From Candidatus Poribacteria bacterium (GTDB lineage: Bacteria > Poribacteria > WGA-4E > WGA-3G): 64,000 nt of DNA. The notes below the pieces were generated by a model. It made no database searches, was not told the origin of the DNA, and saw only the letters and a program-made list of their open reading frames with translations. The translations under genes and the position numbers were made by a program. The stretch covers positions 2,336,001-2,400,000 of the forward strand of contig OZ244048.1 of the NCBI GenBank assembly GCA_965215265.1. The letters run 5' to 3'. Below are positions 39,616-49,500 of the stretch, piece after piece (within the stretch, counting starts at the first letter, position 1; every line of letters starts with the position of its first letter).

Positions 39616-40824
39616 ATGCCCGAAACCATTTTGGTTGTTGATGACGATATAGATATCTTGGAACTCCTCAAGCTCAGCTTGGAATCGGATGGATTTAATG
39701 TACGAACCGCGAACGATGGAGAAAGCAGTCTGGGCATCGCACGTACTTATCTCCCGGATCTGATTCTGCTTGATATCATGATGCCTAATAAAGATGGATT
39801 GGCTGTCATCAATGAACTGAAAGGTGATGGTGAAACGAAACAGATTCCGGTAATTTTGCTCACGGCACGCGGACAAACCGAAGACAAAGTTCGAGGCTTG
39901 GATACCGGCGCGGACGATTATATAACAAAGCCTTTTGATTTGCGGGAAGTCACCGCGCGCATTAAAGCTGTCTTGGGTAGAACACGCCAGATAAAATATA
40001 TAAACCCACTCATGCATGCTATGGGAGATAGGTTCAGCGAGCAAGGCGTGCAACAACTCGTCGGCCATCTACAGGCCGCTGCAGCTATACAACAAAAATT
40101 GCTACCAGAAAAAACGCCAAACCTACCGGGTGTTGAGATCGCTGCCCGACTACAAAGCTCAACAGCCGTCTCTGGCGATTTCTACGATTTCATACCCCTG
40201 AGTAAAACGCAAATAGGCATTGTCCAAGGAGACGTGGTTGGGAGTGGTATACCCGCTGCATTGCTGATGGTGATGATCCAAACAGCACTGCGGCTACTCT
40301 GTACTGAGCAGCATTCGCCAGCAACGATTCTGAAACGGATTAATGATTTGCTCGTCCGGGACACCGACCCGGAAGTATATGCGACAATAATTTACGGTAT
40401 TTTGGATACCGAGTTGTTTACCTTCACATATTCAAACGGTGGACACTGTTATCCATTGCACTGGCAGCATGGGACACCCCAGAGAAAAATAGAGCTCTTA
40501 AAAATAGGCGGGATGCTTGTCGGGACTTTTAAGGACGCAACCTTTACAACGGGAACGTCTCTCCTCGCCCCGGGCGATGTCTTAGTCTTTTATACAGATG
40601 GTATCACGGAAACGGTGGGCCCTACGGAGAGCGTAGAAGAGACATTCTATGGCGTAGAACGCCTCGTTGGCTGGCTAACTAAAAAACTCCAGACAGCAAA
40701 GAACGAAAGTTCGCTTTCGGCCTCTGTGCTATGCGATACTCTTATAACTGAACTTGCACAGTTTAGCGGCAGTCCGCAACCCGCTGACGACAGGTCATTA
40801 ATTATCATCAAACGTGATGCATGA
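39616..40824 (+). CDS. Response regulator fused to a SpoIIE/RsbU-type PP2C phosphatase
   Basis: REC domain (LVVDDD, LLDIMMP, KPF); SGDFYDF, GDVVGSG, YTDGITE and DD phosphatase motifs. Confidence 0.92.
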   Translation: MPETILVVDDDIDILELLKLSLESDGFNVRTANDGESSLGIARTYLPDLILLDIMMPNKDGLAVINELKGDGETKQIPVILLTARGQTEDKVRGLDTGADDYITKPFDLREVTARIKAVLGRTRQIKYINPLMHAMGDRFSEQGVQQLVGHLQAAAAIQQKLLPEKTPNLPGVEIAARLQSSTAVSGDFYDFIPLSKTQIGIVQGDVVGSGIPAALLMVMIQTALRLLCTEQHSPATILKRINDLLVRDTDPEVYATIIYGILDTELFTFTYSNGGHCYPLHWQHGTPQRKIELLKIGGMLVGTFKDATFTTGTSLLAPGDVLVFYTDGITETVGPTESVEETFYGVERLVGWLTKKLQTAKNESSLSASVLCDTLITELAQFSGSPQPADDRSLIIIKRDA

Positions 40825-40956
40825 AGCTGCACACGGCAATGATGTCTCGCGGAAACAGGGACAGAAAACGCTGTGCAACTGCAGTCCACTGTTATCTTAC
40901 ATAGACAGGGATTCTCACAAAACAGGAAAACTGACAGTAAAGAAAGGAGATTCAGC

Positions 40957-41385
40957 GTGGGCGAGAAACAAGAACAAGTTATTACCCTTTCTCTCCCCAG
41001 TTCAATGCAACATATTTATCTGCTGGATGTTGTAACTACTGAAATTCTGAGTCAGATGAATTTCAAGGAAGAACTCCGAGAGCAGGTGAACCTTGCTGTT
41101 ATTGAAGCAGGCACAAACGCAATAAAGCACGGAAATAAAGAAGAGCTGGACAAAAAGGCTGATTTTCAGTTTATCCTCGCAGAAGACAAACTGACTATTG
41201 TCATTCAAGACCAAGGCAAAGGATTTACACGAGAAGATGTTGAAAATCCGCTCGACCCGGATAATTTGCTCAAGAGCAGTGGTAGAGGCATATTTCTCAT
41301 GGAAGCTTATATGGACGATGTTTCCTTTGATGGACAAGGGACTATTGTCAAAATGGTGAAATATAAGGGTACACCGGATTCGTAG
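40957..41385 (+). CDS. RsbW-like anti-sigma factor / serine kinase
   Basis: SD AGGAG + GTG; EAGTNAIKHG; DQGKGF; GRGIFLM. Confidence 0.9.
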   Translation: MGEKQEQVITLSLPSSMQHIYLLDVVTTEILSQMNFKEELREQVNLAVIEAGTNAIKHGNKEELDKKADFQFILAEDKLTIVIQDQGKGFTREDVENPLDPDNLLKSSGRGIFLMEAYMDDVSFDGQGTIVKMVKYKGTPDS

Positions 41386-41497
41386 GCACCCCATACTCCT
41401 AAGCGAAGGAAACCGAAACCGTGCTCCACGAGACACAACAGCATCTATCAAACTATACATGCACCGCATACATTTCCGAGATGCTAAAGGAGGGTTT

Positions 41498-41842
41498 ATG
41501 CAAGTCAACATTCGACATAAAGGCAGCGTTACAATCTTAGATATTGAAGGGAAAATCATTGGTCCGGATACATTGGCACTGAAACGCGTCATTGATGAAC
41601 AGGTTGAAGCAGCTCAAGACGGGAAACTCAATCTGATTTTGAATATGGAGCGCGTCCAGATAATGGATAGTTCGGGTCTAGGTGTCCTCGTCGCCTCTTA
41701 TTCCACAATCACCCGGAATAACGGACGGGTTGTACTCCTCAACCTCGGGGGCAATATCAGAAGCCTTATTGTTATGGCAAAATTGGTTACAATCTTCGAC
41801 CGGTACGAAACCGAAGCGGAGGCGATCTCCAGTTTTTTATAG
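41498..41842 (+). CDS. STAS-domain anti-sigma-factor antagonist
   Basis: SD AAGGAGG; MDSSGLGVL. Confidence 0.9.
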   Translation: MQVNIRHKGSVTILDIEGKIIGPDTLALKRVIDEQVEAAQDGKLNLILNMERVQIMDSSGLGVLVASYSTITRNNGRVVLLNLGGNIRSLIVMAKLVTIFDRYETEAEAISSFL

Positions 41843-41850
41843 GCAACTAT

Positions 41851-42624
41851 ATGATCCAAACACTGAGCACCAGAGACTCCGAACAGAGTATTAGTTTATG
41901 GGATAAGTGCACCGGATGCAACGAACTTGTTTTCAAAGGTGAACTAGAACGAAACTTCTATGTCTGCCCCTACTGTGCGCATCTGTTTCCGCTTTCCGTC
42001 GAAAAACGGTTAGAGCAGCTGCTTGACGTTATGCCTGCAGAAGAGGCACAGACTGCAGCCCTCACCGGAACAATCTCAGGCTATCCTGTCAGTCTATTCA
42101 TTGAAGAATTAGGGATGATACCGACGCAAAATCACCAGGCCGCCTTCCTCACTGCAACGCATGCCGCTTTCAACGAACGGGTACCACTTATTACCGTTGT
42201 CAGGGGACAGCCTCATGAAGAGCAGTTCTCTCTTTGGGAGACTACCTACTTGGCATCCGAAATGGAAAGGCTTGCAGCGGTATCACTGCCGCATATCACT
42301 GTCATCACTGAAACCGGCTCTATCCCGTTGATAACCAACCTACCTGTCGGGGAATTGGTTATCGCCGAACGAACCGGCAGTAACGAACAAAACACAGCTG
42401 TAAAGCTGCAACCTGCTTTGCACGCGCCTGAAGAACAACTTTTGGCACAAACCACTATGTTAGATGGAGCCGCGGAACTGAAAACAGAAAATGGGTTTCG
42501 TAATACGGAGGTGAGCCCGGACATCAGCGTTGATTGCTATATTTCACGTGTAGAACTCCCGGATCTGTTAGGAAAATTGCTAAAATTTTTCTCTCATAAT
42601 TCGGCTGTTAAGGAAAGAGAATGA
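41851..42624 (+). CDS. Divergent AccD-like protein (zinc finger intact, carboxyltransferase core degenerate)
   Basis: LWDKCTGC...YVCPYCAHLFPLS..RL..LLD matches the AccD N-terminus; GGSMG and SGGARMQE motifs absent. Confidence 0.6.
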   Translation: MIQTLSTRDSEQSISLWDKCTGCNELVFKGELERNFYVCPYCAHLFPLSVEKRLEQLLDVMPAEEAQTAALTGTISGYPVSLFIEELGMIPTQNHQAAFLTATHAAFNERVPLITVVRGQPHEEQFSLWETTYLASEMERLAAVSLPHITVITETGSIPLITNLPVGELVIAERTGSNEQNTAVKLQPALHAPEEQLLAQTTMLDGAAELKTENGFRNTEVSPDISVDCYISRVELPDLLGKLLKFFSHNSAVKERE

Positions 42625-43838
42625 TGAAGCAACAGCACTTAGGCAATATCTCTGTTTCACACGGTGCACTGCAACAGAATTTTCATCAAATCTTCGGGGG
42701 TTTCCCTGAGTTTATCGTCTCAGCCCCTGGTAGAGTAAATCTCATTGGAGAACATACAGATTACAACGACGGCTACGTGTTTCCAGTCGCGATTGACAAA
42801 TATCTCCACATTGCTGCACGTAAACGCGCGGACAATCAGGTTAAATTATATGCCCGAGATATCAACGAACATTGCCAATTCGAGTTGGTACGTCTTGATG
42901 ACGGGAGCTCATCCATCCAAAACGCGGATACCAGATGGAGCGATTACATAAAAGGAGTTGCCTACCTCTTAAAAGGATCCGGTAGAACCATCATAGGTAT
43001 GGATGCCGTCATTACAGGAGATGTCCCGATTGGTGCCGGGCTTAGTTCCTCTGCTGCGCTAACAGTTGCCGCCGCGCTTGCATTTTTAACCGTCAGCGGC
43101 TCAGATATGCACAGCAATCAACTCGCTGCATTATGTCAACGTACCGAGCACGAGTTTGTTGGAGTCAAGTGCGGTATCATGGACCAGACTATCTGCTTGT
43201 TAGGGCGCGCAGATTATGCCTTGTTTCTTGATTGCCGTTCACTGCAACATGCGCATGTCCCCCTTAACTTGGGCGAGCATGTTATCGTTATTTGCAACAC
43301 CAAAGTAAAACGCGAACTGGCGGCATCTGAATATAACAAGCGGCGAGCTGAATGTGAAAAAGGGGTGGAGATTCTGAGAAAATGGCTTCCTGATATTAGA
43401 GCGCTGCGCGATGTCCGTTTAGCAGATTTCAAGAACTATGAAGGAAAACTCCCTCTATTGACACAAAAGAGATGTCGGTACGTCATTGAAGAGAACGAGC
43501 GTGTGCAAAGTGCTGTCACAGCTGTGAAAGCAGGCATCCTAAAAACCTTCGGCACTTTAATGAATGCCTCACATACCGGACTCCGGGACGATTATGAGGT
43601 GAGCTGCAAAGAATTAAATATACTCACCGAAATCGCACGCAGCACTGACGGCGTCATTGGTACGAGAATGACAGGTGCCGGTTTCGGTGGCTGCACGGTC
43701 ACACTTGTTCACCGGAACGCCGTGGAGACACTACAAACACGCGTGAGAACAGAATACCGACAGCAAACAGGAATTGAACCTGAAGTTTATTTATGCAACG
43801 TTAGTGATGGCGCGACCGTTCGCTGGCTCTCTGAATGA
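42621..43838 (+). CDS. galK: Galactokinase
   Basis: APGRVNLIGEHTDYN; PIGAGLSSSAA; RMTGAGFGG. Confidence 0.95.
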   Translation: MMKQQHLGNISVSHGALQQNFHQIFGGFPEFIVSAPGRVNLIGEHTDYNDGYVFPVAIDKYLHIAARKRADNQVKLYARDINEHCQFELVRLDDGSSSIQNADTRWSDYIKGVAYLLKGSGRTIIGMDAVITGDVPIGAGLSSSAALTVAAALAFLTVSGSDMHSNQLAALCQRTEHEFVGVKCGIMDQTICLLGRADYALFLDCRSLQHAHVPLNLGEHVIVICNTKVKRELAASEYNKRRAECEKGVEILRKWLPDIRALRDVRLADFKNYEGKLPLLTQKRCRYVIEENERVQSAVTAVKAGILKTFGTLMNASHTGLRDDYEVSCKELNILTEIARSTDGVIGTRMTGAGFGGCTVTLVHRNAVETLQTRVRTEYRQQTGIEPEVYLCNVSDGATVRWLSE

Positions 43839-43853
43839 GGTGTCTCCGGACCT

Positions 43854-44849
43854 ATGAAATATAGCATCGGAATAGACCTTGGCGGAACCACTATCAAAGC
43901 AGGATTAGTCTCAGCAACCGGTGACATTTTATCCGACTTGATGCTACCGACTCCGGTTGATGATGGCCCAAACGTTGTAGCAGCACAGATTGTTGAAGCT
44001 GTGTGTCAACTTCTCGAAAAAACGGAAACGGAAAAAACAAACAACATCACCGGCATCGGGCTCGGTTCACCAGGACTTATCGTTGCAGAGACAGGTGTAG
44101 TACACTTCTCTCCTAACTTTCCCATCTGGTCGGATGTCCCGCTAGTGGATTACGTTAGGCAGGAATTGGCTGCGCGCATAACCGTAGGTGTCCCGGGCAA
44201 TACCGACGTGCATACCCACTTACCTATTTTTATAGACAATGATGTCAATGTCATGACATTAGGTGAACTCCACTACGGTGCAGGAATCGGATATCAGAAT
44301 ATCGTTGCATTGACGCTCGGCACGGGTGTCGGAGGAGGTATTGCAATAGGCGGAAAGATTTATCACGGTAGCATGAATACCGCTGGAGAACTGGGACATA
44401 CCGTCGTTGAACCAGACGGACGTTCCTGTGGATGTGGCAACCGGGGATGTCTGGAAGCGTACGCCGGCGCGAAAAATATCGTTGAACGTACGCAGCTGGA
44501 GATAGAACGCGGTAGAAAAACCGATTTAGCCCCCAGTCCAGATTTGACACCGGAACGGATAGCAGCAGCCGCAGCAGCAGGAGACAAACTCGCTATTGAA
44601 ATTTTTGCTGAAACTGGGAGATGTATAGGTGTCGCGCTCACCTCGATTGCGCATATTCTTAACCCGCAAATTGCAATCATTGGCGGTGGAATCGCCGCAG
44701 CTGGCGAAAAATTGCTCTTTGAACCGATTCGGGCTGAATTTGACAAACGCACCATGGACATACCCGCACAGATGGAGATTGTCAAAGCACGCCTCGGAAA
44801 TAGTGCCGGCATCGTCGGCGCAGCTAAACTCGCTTTTGATTTCACATAG
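43854..44849 (+). CDS. ROK family sugar kinase (glucokinase-like)
   Basis: GIDLGGT; DNDVN; GELGH; CGCGNRGCLE. Confidence 0.92.
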   Translation: MKYSIGIDLGGTTIKAGLVSATGDILSDLMLPTPVDDGPNVVAAQIVEAVCQLLEKTETEKTNNITGIGLGSPGLIVAETGVVHFSPNFPIWSDVPLVDYVRQELAARITVGVPGNTDVHTHLPIFIDNDVNVMTLGELHYGAGIGYQNIVALTLGTGVGGGIAIGGKIYHGSMNTAGELGHTVVEPDGRSCGCGNRGCLEAYAGAKNIVERTQLEIERGRKTDLAPSPDLTPERIAAAAAAGDKLAIEIFAETGRCIGVALTSIAHILNPQIAIIGGGIAAAGEKLLFEPIRAEFDKRTMDIPAQMEIVKARLGNSAGIVGAAKLAFDFT

Positions 44850-44859
44850 AGGAAAAAAG

Positions 44860-45486
44860 GTGAAAACTACTTTAAAAATTTTAATCATTTTCAGTCTATC
44901 AATTGCAACCTTGAGTTGTTCAAAGGTACCCGACTTCGTCAAGAATACTTTCCAACCGGAGGTGATTGTCCCGGTATTTGATCCCGATGCTACGATTATG
45001 CCGCAAACAGGCACCGTCGCCTATGTGAGAAACGGCGTGAAAGCGATGGCAGTCCCCCTCAACGACGTGAAAGCCGTCGATGCGTTCGGTATCTTTATCT
45101 ATAATGGAACAAACCACTGGATTTCATTTAAAAAGAAGGATTGCCAAATGCTTGACGGCACCGGGAAAGTTACCAAACCGCTAGATAAATCACAAGAATC
45201 TTTTTATCTCAAGAGAAATTTCAGACCGAAGCTCCCGCCTGAATTTGCAGCAGAAGTTTTTCGTTGGGATAAAGCCATTCGCATACAAGGCGATCCGGCA
45301 ATACTCCCCAGGGAAGATATTGAGAAAACCAATGTCATGCCACGGAAATACGCCCGATTTTTCCTCTATTTCCCCAAGCGGAGCGTTAATTATAGTAACT
45401 TGAGAATTATTGTCCCCAGAGTTACGAGCGACTTTAATGAACAGCAAACAACGTTCGTTTTCAGGTTTAAGGTTCAGAGAGGGTAA
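44860..45486 (+). CDS. Hypothetical lipoprotein
   Basis: SD GAGG + GTG; lipobox-like TLSC. Confidence 0.65.
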   Translation: MKTTLKILIIFSLSIATLSCSKVPDFVKNTFQPEVIVPVFDPDATIMPQTGTVAYVRNGVKAMAVPLNDVKAVDAFGIFIYNGTNHWISFKKKDCQMLDGTGKVTKPLDKSQESFYLKRNFRPKLPPEFAAEVFRWDKAIRIQGDPAILPREDIEKTNVMPRKYARFFLYFPKRSVNYSNLRIIVPRVTSDFNEQQTTFVFRFKVQRG

Positions 45487-46537
45487 CCTTTTCGTTCAGA
45501 GACGCGTTGCAGGCCATACAACAACTTTTCTCGTATTGCTCCTGCTGTGTGGTTGGGGTGGCTGTACCTTGCCCGAAACCGAAAACGGAAATTCTATTGA
45601 AATTCTAACCTCAAACCAAGAACGTAAAGCCCCACCTATATTAGATATTAACTATGTTCAAACGCTCGGTAGGCCCGGACAAGGTCCTGCTGAATTCAGG
45701 ATGCCTACCGGCCTTGCACTGGATGGGCAAGGTGGCATTTACACTGCGGATACTGGGAACAATCGAGTGCAATTGATTGATACCTATGGAAATTTCATCG
45801 CAGAATTCGGGAGTAGAGGATGGCGTATAGGAGAATTCGACACGCCGACGGACATTGCCATCAGCTTCCAGCGGAGTTACCGTCTCTATGTTGCGGATAC
45901 GGGCAATAATCGAATTCAATATTGCAATCTTGTCGAAGGCATCTTCTATCCGCTACAAGTAGAATCGTCCTCTGGCGGCGGTTCAGAAATAGACACAGGA
46001 ACTATCGTGCTTGACCGGCCGGAAGGTATCGGTATCGGACGAAACGGCGATGTCTTTGTAGTTGACACCGGAAACCATCGCTGGATCCGATTTAACATAC
46101 ACGGTATACCAGTACTGACACGAGGCAATTTCGGCAGCGGGAAGGCGCATCTCTGGAATGCCACAGACATCACCGTTGACACGAAAGGCAATATCTATGT
46201 CGTGGATACCGGGAACCATCTTATAAAAAAATACGATTTTAGCGGCAATCCAATCGGCGTATGGGGTGGCGAAGGGAATACACTCGGGCAGTTTCGAGAG
46301 CCTAAAAGCATCGCACTTGATGCTTGGAATTACCTCTATGTCACAGACAGTGCGAATCAACGAATCCAAGTTTTCACGGATGACGGCAAGAGCATCACAG
46401 AATTTGGTACACCAACCTTGCTGGAACCGGCCGGTATCGCTGTTGCCAAAAATGGGCGCGTCTTTGTCAGCGACGCATCAGCCAATGACATCAAGGTGTT
46501 TCAGGTTATCTTTGCAAAAAACTTCTCGGAGGAGTAA
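45437..46537 (+). CDS. NHL-repeat beta-propeller lipoprotein (start uncertain)
   Basis: Repeated YVADTGNNRIQ units; lipobox-like GWGGC. Confidence 0.85.
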   Translation: MNSKQRSFSGLRFREGNLFVQRRVAGHTTTFLVLLLLCGWGGCTLPETENGNSIEILTSNQERKAPPILDINYVQTLGRPGQGPAEFRMPTGLALDGQGGIYTADTGNNRVQLIDTYGNFIAEFGSRGWRIGEFDTPTDIAISFQRSYRLYVADTGNNRIQYCNLVEGIFYPLQVESSSGGGSEIDTGTIVLDRPEGIGIGRNGDVFVVDTGNHRWIRFNIHGIPVLTRGNFGSGKAHLWNATDITVDTKGNIYVVDTGNHLIKKYDFSGNPIGVWGGEGNTLGQFREPKSIALDAWNYLYVTDSANQRIQVFTDDGKSITEFGTPTLLEPAGIAVAKNGRVFVSDASANDIKVFQVIFAKNFSEE

Positions 46538-46556
46538 TAATGAATGGTCTTCGGCT

Positions 46557-49500
46557 TTGCGTATTCCTATCTTTTTGTTCGCATTCTGTTTATGCATCGT
46601 CCCACGCGCAGAGCCGGAAGTAGACGTCCCTCTTCCTAAAAATGCAGAAAATGATGGAGATGATGTTCTCCAACTTCCAACCTTCTCTATCCTGCAGAAA
46701 AAGGAAACGTTTTTATTAAAAGTGACATCGACAACTGCCGATGAGATGTACGAATCTGCAGAATCGACTCAGAAACTAGACCGGAAACAAGAATTCACTG
46801 TTCGATATCCTCCGATCCTCCCGAACAGTGAACAGGTAAAGGACTCCACCGGAAAGACCCTGGTCCGGGGTGTAGATTATCAGATAGATTACTATCCCGG
46901 CAAAGTTACGCTGAAAGCGGAGAGCCTCTTCCTATCCAACGTCCAAGATAAATCACCCCTAAAGATTACGATAACTTACCGCACTTTACCGTTTGCCATT
47001 AAACCAATCTATAAGCGAGACCTTTACGGAGAAACCGGTGTGGCAGAGGAACCGAATGGAATAAACGGCGTGCCCGATACCCCTGGAATTTCGACTGACA
47101 CAGAACAACGTACAGAAAGACAAATAGGCGATACTGCTCCGCAACCAAGTTCACAGTTAGCGGTTTCTGGGAGTCAGACGTTCGGTATTTCGGTAGGGAG
47201 CGGCCGCTCCTTGTCACAAAACCAAGAACTTCGCCTTAACGTAGAGGGCAAAGTCTCGGATAACATAACCGTCCTCGCCCGGCTGTCTGATCAGGATTTG
47301 CCCATCCAGCCAGAGGGAACAACAGAAAACATCCAAGACATTGACCAGAAATTAATTCGCATCACGCATCCACATGTCAGCGGGACTTTAGGCGACTTTG
47401 AGGGGAGCCTCGGTAATACTGAGTTTATCTTCTTCCCACGCGCTTTGGAGGGTGTCCAAGTTGAAGGAGATTTCAGATGGGGGCGTTTTCACCTTATCCC
47501 GAGTAGCATTCCCAAGGGAAAATCCACGAGTATTGTTATCCCAGGAGAGGAGGGCCGCGGTGAATATAGACTGACTGCGGATGCACAGTATGTCATCGTC
47601 AAAGCCGGCAGCGAAATTGTCTGGCTTAATGGCGAACGCATGCGCCGCGGCGAAAACAACGATTACGTCATCCGTGACTACGGAGATGCAATTATTGAAT
47701 TCAATAGCAAACATCTGATAACGAGCAACGACGTAATTCGAGTCGATTTTGAATATATTCCTGAAGACCGGGCTTATCAGCAGAATCTTTACGGCATCAA
47801 TTCGATCTTCCGCCTCCCCGGTGACAGGTTAACCGTTGGTGCGTCTTATGCTGTTGAGGCAGATTTGAATCAACCTGCACAGGTTTTAATCACTTTTGAT
47901 GAAGAAGATGTGACAGCCCTACGTCAAAATAGGCTTGACCCGGATGGCGACGGGGTTGCACTCACCGCACCACAGAAACATACTATTTGGGGCCTGGAAA
48001 GCCGGTTGAACCTCACAGAAGAGACATGGCTTGAAGGACAATTCGCTTACAGCGCTGTCGACAAAAATACCTATTCCAATATCGACCGGAAAGAAGTGAG
48101 TCAGGCGTGGAAACTGATTGGATATTCCGATTGGGATTTTCCAATACATGATGGCAAATTCCGTCCGCAGATAGCAGCTAATTTGGATGTCCGCGCCCTG
48201 GATGCTAAGTTCGTCCCAATCGGTGCGTCTAGCAGCAACCGCACGCGCGCCGGTTATGAAACGCAATATGCCAAGGAAGGGTTTGATGACACCTTTTTAT
48301 TCCAGAATGCAACGGGCGGCTATGGGAATACGGCCGGGCGTTCAACAATCAACGAGCACGATGAATTAATCACGAATTTTGACCTGCGAGGGATACCTAT
48401 GTCTTGGCTTGAAATAACAGCAGGTGTCGGTAGAACTGAGGAAAAAGCACAACAAACGCTAACGCCTCGAGACGAAAGCGAGCAGGATACAATTGGGGAA
48501 ACAACCGACACAACCATCCGCAATAATTTCAATTGGGGTGTTAACTTCAACCGGCGTGCAGGTAGACAAAGTCGGCTCTCCGCTGGCTCTCTGCAACAGG
48601 GGGTATCTTCAAAATACACAGCGCAAAACGCCCAAGTACAGCCTTCGCCTCGGGTGCAACCTACCGAACCAACACGTACAAGGCACCTGCTAAGTTTGTT
48701 ACCTCATATTCGATGGAATGACTATAGAAGCAACTCACAGATACAAGTCGTTAGTAGCGCGCAAGATTTCCGCAAATCGCGGCAGGAAGGGAATCTCTCC
48801 TATCCGCTCGGTCCCTTTGAAGTCATGGGTACGCTCAGCCGTTTAGAATCAAAAGATGCCGTACAGGCAACGCGCAACCGCAAGCGGAACCGCTCAACAG
48901 GACGTATCAATCTGGTAGATTTTAAATGGGCCTCGTTCAATACGAGTTACGAACTTGAGCGCGCTTTTGCCAAAGAACCGCTACTCACATTGGATGGCGA
49001 GACGTTAGGCATCACAGATTGGCAGAACCACACCACCGCCAGGACCTGGAAAATTGGTATCTTTTCACAACAAGGGAAGTGGGGGAATCTCTCGACAAAT
49101 CTTGCCCGTAGGATACTGAAAGCGCATACGGAACTCGGTAGCGATATCACAACGCAATTGGCGGATATCAACGTCCATCTTACACCTTTAAGCCGTGCTA
49201 TTGACGTTGAGGTTACCTACGAACTGGATAAAAAATTGACAACCCAACGGCGGGAAATCTATACCGACATCCACCCGCACACTGGACATAGACTTCAACC
49301 GGGCGAGGGGGCGTACGTGAAACTGGACGACTTGCACTATGTAGAAGATTTCGAGGAAGGTACCTACATAAAAATCTATCAAAACGTCGGCGATAAACCG
49401 ACTACAGCAATCGATGCAGAGTTCCGTTTCCGTTTTCAGCCGCGGCAGTTTTTTGCTCGTCGTGCTCGGGCCCGGGTGAATCAAGCAAGCCTATCTACAC

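Noticed and set aside
46266-46556. N-terminal extension of the 1379-aa ORF
   Set aside because: It overlaps the NHL gene; a proper signal peptide begins at TTG 46557.
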